A stretch of DNA of 63,804 nucleotides, filler included, from Chiloscyllium plagiosum (GCF_004010195.1; 5 parts of one record of this genome joined end to end with filler, not necessarily neighbours in it); one strand, 5' to 3'; numbered from the whole stretch's first letter, positions 38,823 to 52,867 are shown. Translations and numbers: made by a program. Notes: a model not told the origin generated them from the sequence alone.

Positions 38823-40139
38823 TGAAATTGTCAGTCAGATAAGCAACTGCATTACCATAAAGAGGGTCTTCAAACGTTTCAAACTGTATGATATTATCCA
38901 GTTAAACATTGCCAGCAGAGATTACAAAAAAAACGTATTATAATCACTTGAGATAATTCAAGCAAAAATGAGTAAACCCAATATTGATTTCATGATTTTA
39001 TTGGTCTGGGCTCATGCTTGGGGTGGGTGAGGGGCATGAATTGACATTGAATTGTTGAATGGAAGGGGTAGAGGGCCATGGACAAAATGGTTTGACATTG
39101 TATTTCAAAAGATTCCTAAATCTTGCCTATTGCTCAAAAGGACCATCACTGGTGTAATACCAAAGACATTTTACTGCCATTCTTGGATTTATTGTTTATA
39201 AAGTCATAGAAATTACAGTACAGAAAGATATCATTGAGCCATTTCCACCATGGAGTTGCTAGTTATTAAATAGAGACATCTCTCACTGCTCATTCTTCGC
39301 TTCATCATCTTCTTCAAATACACTAACTCTCTTTTGAATGAGACAGGCTCTGCCTCGGAAATTATTTCTGGTAAAATGTTCAATCCTTGTGGTGGTACAT
39401 AGCACTTGGATGAAGGATGACTTCCAGCATGTAGCAAAAATCTAAAGTTAATTCTCTATGCATTGTTATTATTTGATTCTTGCTCGGAAGATAAATTATT
39501 ATTTCTTCTAACAAAACTTAAATAATATGTGGAAATCATATGCTATATATACCTGTCATAGTTTGAAGATTTTAGGAAACCATTAAAGAGTTGACTTTTG
39601 TATGAATAATATGTTTGAGGGTTTTAGTTGAGTGCTTGATTTAGGGCCTGTACATGGATTGGCTGGTCTATCTTGTTGAGTCTATCTGGCCAGCTGCCCT
39701 TGGCCGAGTGCCTTGACACAGATGGGTGTAACCTGGCAGAATCCAGTCTGCTGCAGTCAGACAGCTTGTGCTGTTCAGTCGTGAACTCTAGTGCAGAAAA
39801 ATCGTTTGGTAGCAGTCCTTTTCCTTGGAAGTACTGTCATTTTAGGCTGTCCGTGATGGCAATGTTGGAGGAACTTCAAAGCAAATAGCTCCCTGTGGAC
39901 AAGGAGATCGGCACCAGGGATTTCCTAGACATTGTCTCCAACTGGCTACTTTATTTTAGTAAGTGCGTGAGGTGGTCCCGGGCTCAGCGGGGCAGGGAGC
40001 AGAGTGGAGCAGCTGTGGGCTTTGATCTCGGAAAGTCCAAGAGTGACTATCTCAGGATGTGAATGAAAAATTGCAGCATTTTAAACCAGGAATTTTGCGA
40101 TGATTTTTACATGAGATTAACTTTTAAACAGATATATGC

Positions 40140-40770
40140 GGTGTTTGTCAGGATGATATCTGGGATGAGGGACTTCAGTTATTTGGAAAGGCAGGTCTGT
40201 TCTGCATAGAGCAGAAGGGGTTGAGGGAAAATGTAACCAAGGGTTTCAAATAAATGAAAATTTAAAGAGAATCAGTTTTCAATGGCAAGACTGTCAGTAG
40301 TGGGTGATGAAAATGTAAGAACATTACCAAAGAACCAGAGGATAGTTGAGATATTTTCTTATAAACTAGGGGGCATTTTCTTAAAGTGATATACTCAGAT
40401 CTCCAGAGAGTGGTTTGTGTTTGGTATGAACTTTCAGATAAAGTGGTGTGTGCGGATGCAGTTACAATATTTAAATGACATTTGGATAAGTACATGATTG
40501 AGAAATGTTTGGAGGGATAGGGGCCAAGTGCAAGCAGGTGGGGCTAGTTTAGTTTGGGAACATGGTCGGCATGGACTGGTTAGACCGAAGGGGCAGTTTC
40601 CGTGCTGTATGACTCTCATCTGGAATGCATAACTTCCTGAGTTGTTGAAGCTAATGCAATAGTCGCTTTCAAAAATGGATTGGACGTATATTTGAAAAGG
40701 AAACAGTTGTTGGACCATTGCTGAAAGTCCCCTTCCCTGGCTCTAATAGGTTATATCTTTTTCAAAAAGC
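40140..40770 (+). mobile_element. Nested CR1 3' fragments
   Basis: ggatgatatctgggatgagggacttcagttat and ggagggatagggg...tttccgtgctgtatgactc CR1 motifs. Confidence 0.7.
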
Positions 40771-41589
40771 TGGCACAATTGGCTTGATGGCTTCCTTGGA
40801 ACATCCCAAAGTGCCTCACAGCCAACAAATTACCTTTTAATGTAGTTTCCATTTAATTTGTGCATGATGAAGGCTCACAGATAAAAGATGTGGAAATGAC
40901 CAGTATATATGACATGGTTGTGCTGATTCAAGGATAAATATTGAAATATTGGAGGAAATTGGAGGACTCCTTTGTAAAATTGCTGTATCTCCCCTCCCCC
41001 CCCCCCCACCCCCCCCCCCACCCCCCCACCCCAGCCTCCGAGAGTTCCACACCATTTATTGAAGGCCCTTACTTGTCCTCATCTGGTTCTCTTGAACTGA
41101 CTGTCTGTCTGACATCAAATCATCGATGGTTTATAACTCTGTCAGGGCTTATGCCTGAAACGGTTATTCCCCAGCTCCTCAGATGTTGCCTGACCTGCTG
41201 TGCTTTTCCAGCACCACACTCTCGCCTCTGGTGGGCAGTATTCTCACCTATCAGAAATAGAGTACATCACAGTGGTGGCATGGAGAGGCCCCTGTGTAGA
41301 AATTATTTTTACACTTTAATGGTGTCAATAGATGACGGGACAGGAAGGATGTCCCAGTTGCCCAGGAGTAATGGCGGGGTAGTGGGAAGGTCACTGATGC
41401 CAAATGCCTGGTTACCACTTGACAACTCTCCTACTGCTTTCCTGGAGGGGAAGGTTCTACCCAATTATTTTGTTGTTCCTGGGTGTTCAACTCGTGGAAG
41501 AAATTATAAACCATCGATGATTTGATGCCAGACAGTCAGTCAGTTCAAGAAAACTGAGCTGCTTGTGGAACCTGGAGGAATGGTGGGAG

Positions 41590-41912
41590 ACACAGAGCTG
41601 GGTGCTGCCTGCATTGTCAGAGTGGTCGGCCACACAACTGCAGATACGTGTCTGAGGAACATTAACCAGATGAGGACAAGTAAGGGCCTTCAGTAAAAGG
41701 TTTGGGAAACATAGCAATTTTGACAAAGGAGTCCTCCAATATTTATCCCTGACCCAACACAACGATGTCATATTAACTGGTGATTTCCACATCTTTTATG
41801 TGTGAGCCTACATTGTGCACAAATTAACTTCAGTGTTTTCTTTTAAAAAAAAATGGAAACTACATTAAAAGGTAATTTGTTGGCTGTGAGGCACTTTGGG
41901 ATGTTCCAAGGA
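41590..41912 (+). mobile_element. Deu-domain SINE remnant (inverted local duplicate at about 40790-41095)
   Basis: ccaatatttatccct...tgtgcacaaatt...ttggctgtgaggcactttgggatgttcc resembles the Deu domain. Confidence 0.6.
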
Positions 41913-44216
41913 AGATTTAAGCCAATTGTGCTATCTTTTCTAGGAACTGATAAAGAAAGCTGAGAAGCATCTGCTTTCACATGTGATACAAACCAGCCTA
42001 TTGCCTGAGCAGATATCTCATAATAGAGCAAGTGAACATCTCGGTTGACCAGTGTTCATATACATTCATCACTCTAGCTCGAAGCATCATCTTATAAGAT
42101 GGAAAGCTGCCACATGCAAAAGATGTCTGCTGATTAGCATATCTTCCCAAGCAATCAAAGGAATTGTTTGGCATTTTATACTTAGTTATGAAAATGATCC
42201 ATCTGTAGTTGGGCTTGTGCCTGAAACGTCGATTCTCGTGCTCCTCGGATGCTGCCTGACCTGCTGTGCATTTCCAGCAGCACACTCTCGACTCTGAGCT
42301 CCAGCGTCTGCAGTCCTCACTTTCTCCTAATACTGCCCACCATTCCAATGAACATAAATGGAGCAGCCTGCCTGCAATTTTGTTGACAGGGAGAGCCTCA
42401 ACCCTCCCCAACCCAGGGATGATCAGGCACATGGATGGACAGCGGCAGTGTATGAATGATCGCCCCCATCCCCTCCAATCCTGCTCCCCTCCCCCAACCC
42501 CGAGACTAATGCCTGCCACTTGTGCCAACAGCTCCTGCAACCTCTGATATGGCATTGCGACTCACAGTGGCTGCTACCCTCTGATTGGCATCACGCTGCT
42601 TTCATCCTCTTCAGACATTAGAAACAGTTTGCAATTGCTATTGCTCAGTGACATATATCCTCAGCTGGGAGGAGACCTATATGTTACCTGTATCATTCAG
42701 GAATTCATTGCAGTTTTGTGTCTGCATTCAGTCGCTTGTCACAGTAAGCAACATAGCGATCCAGTATGACCTTATTTTTTCCTTAGTGCAGCTGATCATC
42801 CTTGTGGCTAAACTAAATAAAGGTTCAGGTATAAAAATGGTCACACTGCGCAATGTGACATCTTGCAGAATGTCATGTCTGTCCTGACGGACTAATATTG
42901 GCTTTCAGGAAAAATCGCTATAACCCATTGTATAATGCCAACAAAGATAGCTCTGAAGTGCTATGGTTGAAGGGAATGAGTTATGTTGCCTGGCACATGA
43001 GCAACTTATTTATTCATTAAACTATTAGATGTTCAGGGCGTAATCTATTTATTTATTTGCTGTTTATTTTCCAGTGTGGCATTGCAAAGGCGCTTGAATA
43101 AACATTTTCAAGAAAATCGAAATGCTGTTTTTTGAATAGGAAATCATAGAGGTTGGATAACAGAACCACAATATTTGCTGCTTATTTCTCCCCCTTTATG
43201 AACTCTAAAGTATGGCCAGTAGATTCTGCAGATGTTGTACGTTATAAATAAAAATAGATTGCATAACAGCATATAATAATTAAACTACAGATGGGTCATT
43301 TTCATAACTAAGTATAAAATGTCAAACAATTCCTTTGAATGTTTGGGAAGATATGCTAATCAGCAGCCATTTTTTACATGTGGCAGCTTTCCATCTTATA
43401 AGCTGATGCTTCGAGCCAAAGTGATGAATGCATACGAACATCGGTCAAACCGAGATGTTCATTTGCTCTTTTGTGAGATATCTGCTCAGGTGATAGGTTG
43501 GTTTATATCACATGTGAAAGCAGGTGCTTCTCAGCTTTCTTTATCAGTTCCTAGAAAGTTTCAGGAGACCAAGTTAAATGAAGTGTTCCTTTGGCTTGGC
43601 AATATATGATCTGCCACTGATACGTGTCCACTGCCAAAAAACTGAATGACGTCAATGCAACTCCAACTTTCCAGGCATGACTCTAAACTGCACAATTGAT
43701 TTAATGAGAGTGGACATTGGGCATTAGGCAGAATCAAATGAGAACATTAATAACTCATCAAGGATGCAAATTGTGCCAGTAGCAAGTTTATTCAATAGTG
43801 GAGCATGTGGGTTTATCACTGGTATAAACTTGTCGTTAAGTGAACATTCTTCACAATGTCACAGTGGTTTTAATTTTGCTCAGGCGAAGTCAGTGCCTAT
43901 AGAAAATATTGAAGTTTGATGAGCCAGGAAAAAAATTATATACTCAGAATTTTAAATTGCTTTGAGTTGTATTTATCGCCAAAACTCCACAGATGTTGGA
44001 TCAAATGTCCATTTGCAACTGCTTTCTTGCCAGTTTCATTATGCAAATTTAGATGGGGAATGATATGTATTAATTGAAAGCCAAATGTGATGGAAATCTG
44101 AAACAAGCAGAGAATGCTGGCCAAACTCAGCATCTGTGGAGATGGAAATAGAGTCAAGTGTCACGTTTCTTCTTTTGAAGAAGTCAATACTAGACTCAAA
44201 ACATTAATGCCCACCA

Positions 44217-44545
44217 GGGCGGCAAAGTGGCTCCATGCTGCTGTCTCACAGCCTCATGTTCGATTCCAGCCTCAGGTGACTGTCTGTGTGGAACTTGCAC
44301 ATTCTCCCTGTATCTCTGTGGGTTACCTCCCACAGTCCAAAGATGTGCAGGTTAGGCTGATTGGCCATGCTAAATTGCACTGTAGTGTTCAGGGATGTGC
44401 AGTTCGGGTGGATTAGCAGAGAATTAACAGGAAATGCAAGGTTATGGGGATAGGGTATGGAGGTGCAGCTGGCTGTGATGCTCTTCAGAGGGTTGGTGTG
44501 GACCCAATGGGTTGAATGGCCTGCTTCCACACTGTGGTGACTCTA
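44217..44545 (+). mobile_element. HE1/V-SINE-like SINE
   Basis: Same family as 10499-10817. Confidence 0.8.
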
Positions 44546-47500
44546 CGATATTCTACATTGATTATTTGAAAATGATATAATGATGGAGATTTGGCCAGCC
44601 ATATGTGATTATCAATTTGCTCCCTGTACTATTTCCAGGTGACCTGATTGAAAATTTGAAGGCCACTGACAGAAATGGTACAAGTAACTTGTTTGCAGTG
44701 ACAAGTTTAGAATTAAGAACTTGATTACCTGAAGGCTAATGGATTCATGAGTGGGCCACTGAAGGGAAAGTATTATTTGGGTCAAGAGATTATTTAGATT
44801 TATTTCTGAAAAGGAAAGGAATTGAGGATATGGTGCGAAGACACATTACTGCAAATCAAATGTATCCAGTTGGATTGGGCTTTGTCTTCTGTTTGTCTTC
44901 TGAAACAGTCTTCTGTTTCTAGATGAATTATAATTTTCACTGCTGTTTGATCTTGGCCACTGAAACTGTTTAATAATACAAAACAGTGAAACATTGGTCA
45001 TAACTGTGATGAAATAATAATTGTCGACATCAGCCCAGTTGAAGGACATTCAGTACACGCAGTCCAGTCACTTGCATTGACTTGTCTGATGTGTTTCATG
45101 TTACAGAAATTATTGATTCATTTGGAGTGTGGCTTTTTCTTTATCCACTAGTAGTATTTCACATTAAAATTCTGCAAATAAGTGGTTGTTTGCAATGTTG
45201 CTAGCGACATTTTAGATTATTACAAAACACAAGAGAACAAAAAACACAAGGATTAAATCAAAAGAAAGGTGTTTCATTAAAAAAAAAAGTGATTTAATTG
45301 CTTTTGTGGTAACATAATGAAGAATGGTATGAGTGGAATATCTTCTAACCCAAAAGGGATACTGTTCTATAAGCTATAAGGAATAATTTACAAGCCACTG
45401 TTCCCCATCATTTATTCTATTCCTCTAAAAGTTAGTTTTAACCACAATTGAACGCTGATAAATGTGTAAATGTTTTTCCCAGGAAGCTTCCTGTTTGAGT
45501 TAGAATTATGCAGGATTGGAATCTTTATAAACATGGACAAAAATTAGAATCAGCATATTTTCATACCAATGCTGATTCAATTATTTATACAAGAATTTCA
45601 TTGTAAATGAAATGAAAGCCATTAAAGTAAACATTATTCGAAAGAAAACAGTGCAGTTGCTGGAAGTCTGAAATAAAAGCAGAAAATGCTGGGGATACGC
45701 AACAGGCCACACAGCAGCTGTGAAGAGGGAAACAGAATTTGGCGTGATTTTGTCTCTAATGGTGTATTTTTACGGATGTGGCAATGTTTAACTTATGTCC
45801 TGTAACATGAGAAACTGTGTGTAGATGTTGTGATATTGAGGAATGCAACAGTAATCTCTTGCAGCTAACTATTATAAACAATTTAGATTACAACAGAAAG
45901 CATTGAGCCACATGCTTCAATCTAAGATGGAGTATGAGACCTTTAAACCTCCAGGTTGCTTGCTGTGATACACTGACAATATCATGAGCCTGTCTCTTAA
46001 AATTACACTGACATTGACTGTGAAGTGTAACATGACAGAATGTTTCATGTTGATGATCTTTCTGTTAGAAATGGAGACATTTAGAGATAAATCAAGTTTT
46101 AAGCAATTGCTATGACAGGGAAATAGGGAAAAAACAAAAGGGAAAATTGGTAATATGGTAGAAAACAGGACAATTTGAATGGTGAATGGAGATGCAAACA
46201 GCACAAGTCAAGAAACAAAAGCTGGTATCAGAGGAGGCACAAACAGTCAGAACAGAATCGGTATGTGTTTCAGTTGCTACCTGGTCAACAACAAGACAAG
46301 AAACTAAAAGCAATGAAGTTGAACAAGGTGAAGGAGACGAACTGAATTCCTGTTTTACACAGTCTTGAAGAATAGAAGCTGGTCCATGAAGCCTGTCCCA
46401 GACCATGATGGCTGGGCAATATAATGAAGCAACTGTTATCTTCATTCACCCCTTACCTCTCATCACCCCTTTGCCATGTTATCTCCTGGGAATGGTTAAA
46501 AGAAGAAAAAAAATCCAAGGCCACAAAGGGATTAATTACTCTGAAAGGTTCCTTAGGTCCCCTCAAGGGTAGGGGAGTAGTGGTGTGACCAAAAACAGGT
46601 CAGAGAATCATACAGAGCAAGTGTTATCTATAATCCTAATCTTCTGTATGATGCAAACTCTACCCCAATCCTAAATCAGTCAAGATTCCTCTTGAAGATG
46701 TACAGAATCAGCATTCACTGTACCAACTTGAACCAGAGAACCCTCTAACTTTCTTTTGTAACAGGAGTCATTGTTTGAATATATGACTATTGCAAATGCT
46801 TCTTGCATAGTCACATGCTGTATCCATGCTGTGTAATAGCTCTGCTGATAAATGAATGCTGACATCATTGAGTTCGATTTCCTGCAACAGCTGAGGTCAC
46901 TTTGAAGGACTTTCCTCATCAAACCTTGGTCCTTGCCTGAGTTGTGATGAACTTCTGATTAATCCACCACCAGTCATTACTCTGTACTGAGAGAAAACAG
47001 TCCTGTGATCTGGTAAGACTGTGGTGACTCTGGATAAGAGAAGAACTACCAAGCATCCAGTCTATTGCTACTTTGACAAGCTTTCACCCAGGCTCATTTC
47101 ATCTTCCCCAATCCATTGCACAGGAATAATCGATCATTGGGAATGATTAAATATTTTATAGACCTTGATCAGGTTACTCAATGTTTCTCTGAAGCGATTA
47201 GACTAAGGTCATTAAGCTACCTGAAAGCTGAGCTGCTTTAAAAGGGAATAATCACTGTAGCTTTTTCCTGACCATTTCCTTGGCCACCTTTTCACCCTTC
47301 ATGTAAGCAAATCAAAGCAGCAGAAAGTTGCATTCGGACCATCAATTTTAATAATGTCAAAATAGTGTCTTTTGATTTATATTGATGGAATCTATTAACA
47401 TGTGTTACCCTCGCAACCTCTTGGGGTAATTTTGTCTGCAAATGGTATGTGCACTCAGTACTGATCTTTGCAACAAGTTAAAACATGCACCATATCTAAG

Positions 47501-48121
47501 TTAAGTACCATTTAAGAATGTAAGAATATAGAAACAGGTGCTCGAGTAGACTGTGTGGATCTTTGCGTGAGCGCCCTCATTCAGTACAATGACAACTGCT
47601 GGATCACCAGGCATACATCAGTGAATTAATAGACCTCACTAGGTATTCTGCTTTTGAGACTTCCACAATGTTCTGAATGTACTTTAACAGGACAGTGTTT
47701 GGTTTGTCCCAGTGAAGAGTCACTGGATCCGAAGCATTAACTTTTTTCCTGTCCATAGTTGCTGCCAGACCGGTTAGGTTTCACGAGTTAATTCTGATTT
47801 TGTTTCAGATTTCCAGCATCCACAGTTCTCTGGTTTTACTGTGATATTTGGAGTTTTAATACCATTCCTTTTGTCTTGACTTGGTCAAAACCATCCTGCG
47901 TAGGTGTTTTTTCCAAGTCATCTTCCTGGAATTCTGCACCGTGATGCTGTATAGTCAGTCTCTATTCAGGTCAAACTTCCTTTACTGTCAGTTCCAGACT
48001 ATTGAATCATCTTTCTAACAGTGAGGGCTCCAGTCTTTGTATTGTCCTTTAGCTGAAACAATCAGCTTTTCAAATGCCTTAGTCATCGACTTGAATGCCT
48101 TCCAGTGTGATGTATTTTGGG

Positions 48122-48215
48122 ATAAAGTTAAAAATCTCACAACAGCAGGTTATGGGCCAACAGGTTTATTTGGAAGCACTACCTTTCAGAGCGCTGTTCC
48201 TTCATCAGGTGGCTC
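48122..48215 (-). mobile_element. PLE-derived element (family of 52868-52983) with a degenerate hammerhead
   Basis: Minus strand reads cacctgatgaaggaacagcgctctgaaaggtagtg. Confidence 0.65.
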
Positions 48216-48504
48216 TGGAACATGACCATGCGACACAGAACTTATAGCAAAAGGGTAACAGTATCATTCTTTAATATATCATTACAACTCAATGTTTTAG
48301 TTAAATATCATACAGCACCAGGTTATAGTTCTTTAACAAATTTAGATTAAGTCTTTCATCTTTTAGAATGGAATATGGTAGCTTTAATATGTAAATTCCA
48401 GAATTACATTCTCAAGGTGACATCAGCTTATCTAATAATAGGTGTCAACTTATCTCAGGAAGGGCTGTTTAGACCTTAGAAAGGTATGTTGTTTTTGTTT
48501 AGAA

Positions 48505-48795
48505 ACCCTACAGTGTGGAAGCTGGCCCTTTGGTCCAACATGTCCACGCTGACCCTCTGAAGAGTAACCCAGCCTTACATTTCCCCCTGACTAATACACC
48601 TAACCTACACATCCCTGAACGCTATGAGAAAATTTAGCATGGCCAATTCACCTAACCTGCACATCTTTGGATTGTGGGAGAAAACCCATACAGACATGGG
48701 GAGAATGTGTAAACTCCACACAGACAATCGTCCAAGGCTGGAATCAAACCCAGGTTGCTGGTGCTGTGAGGCAGCAGTGCTAACCACTGAACCAC
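48505..48795 (-). mobile_element. HE1/V-SINE-like SINE
   Basis: Reverse complement of the 10499 family. Confidence 0.8.
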
Positions 48796-50246
48796 CCAAA
48801 ATATTCAACCAGTGCACTGTGAGGTTCGGGTGGGGATCAAACACCCAATCAATGGCTTATAAGACCAACACCTTCCCAATTGGCCACATCAGGAGCGATG
48901 TGAATTCTAAATGTATCCCTTTTAGCGATGTGAGGCTGAGATGACACCATTCAATAGGCTTTGAAATAGTTCTGATGAAACAACCTCAACTTTCCTCAGG
49001 TTCTCACCATCGGCAACTCTCTTATTTCAGGGTCAAATCCAATGAATCTTTGCGATACCATTGGTGGCCCACTGCCTGATCATATGAAAATCTATCTGAT
49101 TTTGTCTGAACTCAAACCTTTGCAAAAATGTTGGTATCATTTGTAAACTTATTTACTATATTCCAAACACCACTGGACAGACATGCACAAATGTCACGTA
49201 ACAACAGAAAGTGACCATAAAGGACAGAGATCTAAAAGTCACAAAGGTACTATCAGAAGAAGAGAGAAAGGTAGACATAGAAGAACAAAGACAGGAAGGA
49301 GGAATTAAAGTGAAAGACCATAGGAAATCTATTTGTTGTTGAAAATTTAAGTGAATTTTGCACTGTTTTCGGCTCTGTGTTTGTCGTTATATGAGAGGGA
49401 TTTCAATACAGCCCATTAATATGATCAATTTATTTAGTTCATATTTTGTCTAATTTCAGTATCAAAACAAAATTCAATTCATGGAGGTTTACAGTAGCAG
49501 AAACATACCACCTTCGAACAGGAGTGTGATTGGATATTCAATGGTTTATTCACAAATAGACTGAACGGGGAATGACATTCTTGATGTTTGTCATAGTCAC
49601 ATTGCAGCAAGCTACTCTTAGCTGTAGCACAATGAGGCAACAAGGAATGGTAACCCATATGTCTTACAAAAAAAGAGATAAACTATTTACTCTGTTTCTC
49701 TCTCCACAGATGCTGCCTCACCTGCTGAGTACTTCCAGGATTTTTTGATTTATTTCATGGTTTTTGCTTTTGCCTTAAAAAATTGAGTTATTTTGTTTCC
49801 AAACATAAAACAAGATAGGTTGATGGTTAATTTACAAAGTTGATGTGTGGCTTATTTAATGTCTAACAGGATAGAGATCTCCTCATTCTTTTTAATTGCA
49901 TCTCAGGATTTTTTTTTAAAGAAACAAAACTGACCTGCAATAAGCTGTACATTCTGTTTCTAAGACAACAGGTCATATTGACCATGAAAGTATGTCTGGT
50001 TTATGGAGTTAATGGATGAGACAGGTAGTCTCTATTTTGATTGACAGTTCTTCAGAAAGCACTTTTGGAATGATGTGTACAGTCCTGATCACCCTGCTTC
50101 AGGAACCCCTACATTAGAGAGGGTTCAGAAAAGATTCACCTGGATGTTACCAGGACTGAAGGGGCTGATTAGGCTGGGACTACTTCCACTCGAGTGTAGG
50201 AGGTGGAGGGGTGACCTTATAGAAGTTTTAAAATGATGAGTGAATA

Positions 50247-51030
50247 GGAGAAAGTGAGGACTGCAGATGCTGGAGATCAGAGCTGAAAAATGTGTTGCTG
50301 GAAAAGCGCAGCAGGTCAGGCAGCATCCAAGGAACAGGAGAATCGATGTTTCGGGCATGAGCCCGTCTTCAGGAATGAGGAGGGTATGCCAAGCAGGCTA
50401 AGATAAAAGGTAAGGAGGAGGGATTTGGGGGAGGGGCGTTGGGAATGCGATAGGTGGAAGGAAGTTAAGGTGAAGGTGATAGGCTGGAGAGGGTGTGGGG
50501 ACGGAGAGGTCGGGAAGATGATTGCAGGTCAAGAAGGCGGTGCTGAGTCCGAGGATTGGGACTGAGATAAGGTGGGGGGAGGGGAAATGACGAAGCTGGA
50601 GAAATCTGCATTCATCCCTTGTGGTTGGAGGGTTCCTAGGCNNNNNNNNNNNNNNNNNNNNNNNNNNNNNNNNNNNNNNNNNNNNTTAATTAATTAANNN
50701 NNNNNNNNNNNNNNNNNNNNNNNNNNNNNNNNNNNNNNNNNGACCTGCCTAGCTCCTTTTCCACCTATCCACTCCACCCTCTCCTCACTGACCTATCACC
50801 TTCATCTCCTCCCCCACTCACCTATTGTACTCTATGCTACTTTCTCCCCACCCCGACCCTCCTCTAGCTTATCTCTCCACGCTTCAGGCTCTCTGCCTTT
50901 ATTCCTGATGAAGGGCTTTTGCCCGAAACGTCGATTTTGCTGCTCGTCAGATGCTGCCTGAATTGCTGTGCTCTCCCAGCACCACTGATCCAGAATCTGG
51001 TTTCCAGCATCTGCAGTCATTGTTTTTACC
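50247..51030. mobile_element. PLE termini on both sides of a gap: minus-strand copy with GIY-YIG C-terminus (50247-50641) and plus-strand copy with an intact hammerhead core (50742-51030)
   Basis: Minus strand reads LGTLQPQGMNADFSSF followed by the pseudo-LTR; plus copy has attcCTGATGAagggcttttgcccGAAAcgtc at 50901-50932. Confidence 0.85.
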
Positions 51031-51367
51031 ATGGTTGATATGAGGTCAGGTCCATTGATGTTTAAAATTCAGATAGGTGCAGTGGTCCTGAACCAGCACA
51101 TGGACCACATAAAAACTGAAAGTTCACAAACAATACAGGATCAAAATGTGCCTGGCTCCTCGACAGTTTCTGACTGTTCCAGAACCCGTGGGTTCTCCAT
51201 GTCCATCAAGCATTGAAGTTACATTGGAGTCCCAAATGGACATAATGGGTGTCACTGTCTTAATGCCTTTGCTGCCTGAAGAGGAGAATGGGCACAATAT
51301 GCTCTGAGCTACTGTATGTTACATGCTGCCCATCTCAGATGCAAAGTTGGAGGAACCTGATGCAATG

Positions 51368-51510
51368 GAGAAAGTGAGGTCTGCAGATGCTGGAGATCAG
51401 AGCTGAAAATGTGTTGCTGGAAAAGCGCAGCAGGTCAGGCAGCATCCAAATTCTCCTGTTCCCTGGATGCTGCCTGACCTGCTGCGCTTTTGCAGCAACA
51501 TATTTTCAGC
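51368..51510. mobile_element. PLE-derived fold-back element with the hammerhead portion deleted
   Basis: gctggaaaagcgcagcaggtcaggcagcatcca / tggatgctgcctgacctgctgcgcttttgcagc inverted arms. Confidence 0.75.
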
Positions 51511-51584
51511 AGTGTCTAAAATGCCTCAGGAGGAGCTGCAAGTAAAAGATCCTGCCTATGTTCCAAGACTCAGTGGGAGAGAGA

Positions 51585-51800
51585 TGTAGTGATTGTAATG
51601 AGGTCAGCTCGGTGGACATCATAGAACATGAGTTCCCTGATTAAGGCTGCTAATCTCATCCCCTCAGGAAGCACTGGCTGACAGATAAGAACAGGAGTGT
51701 TAGACATCCTGTTTGCTCTGAGAGCTGGATCAGTGTTTATGAGTTTTCACTTGTGAATAAAGGGTTACTTGGTAATACTGGCCTCTGTGAAATTATTTCA
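51585..51800 (+). mobile_element. Solo LTR (TG...CA)
   Basis: tgtagtgattg...ttatttca termini, AATAAA, homologous to 31772-31993. Confidence 0.65.
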
Positions 51801-52867
51801 CATAATTCTTTGTTCTTCTAACAAACATCTCATTTAATTTGATAACAAAGATTCATGTTAATCTTCTCCCAACAGCACCAGTGATCCCCCAATTTCCATT
51901 GCTTTGTTTTGAATTTCATTTATTTTTGGCTATAGTTCATTGAGAGATGTGTCAGGGTGGCTCAGAGTTGGAAAGCCCCACAGTGATATTTGAAGACATA
52001 ATCCAGACTAATGCTTTCTTGCAGCGTTATTGAAACTGTTATGTAAACCATTAAACAGACACTCTGAACTGTCTTCCTGCTCAATTGGACGTGAAAAGTG
52101 GGGCAGTTCTTCAAATCCCTTACCCTCAATCCACGTCAGCAGAAAAGGTGAATTAATTATTTATCTCCCTGCTGTTTGCCTTTGCACTGTACAAATAAAT
52201 GTGTTTACTTGCATAACAATAGCCACAATTCAAAAGTAATTCATAGGCTGTAAAATGCTTTAGAAATGCAAGTTCCTTCTTTTAATTGAACATTGTGTAT
52301 ATTTTTGGTCTCCTTGGTGCTCATTTCCTCCAAAATTTGAAAAATAAATAATGGCTGAAGTTAAACTGGGAAATAATACTTGCCCTCATGTTAACCTCTG
52401 GGAGGAAGAGGCTAGCTGTCCGTATACCTGCAGCTGAATGACTTTCAATGATTGTGTCAGTGCTTTCAGTCACCTTTACTGATTCTGTAATATGATTTGA
52501 ATTTATTTCAGCAACCAAACTGCTGCCAGTCTCACTTTAGAGTTCTTCTCGGACCAAAGGAATATTTAATAACTTATGAACATGGGAGAAAGCACTAACT
52601 TGATAAACAACTTCCTGCAATGCTCCTGTACGTGGTAGCAGACATGAGAATTCATGTCAATCCCAAATAATATAAACCCCTCTCAAACATCTGCTCCAGA
52701 TCAACATGCAAGATTTTATCGACAAAGAGGAGGTAGGGTAAATATGCACAGCACCGATAGTTATTTTCCCTTGCCAAATTCCTATTGCTGACCTGATAAA
52801 TTTCTGGAGGTAGAAAAAAATAGTCTTATAAGAGTTCAGGTGTCATTATTCACCTTAAATTATTGAA

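Noticed and set aside
40941..42555. 194-aa and 185-aa ORFs
   Set aside because: They cross a poly-C tract, SINE and PLE fragments and rearrangement junctions; chance open frames.
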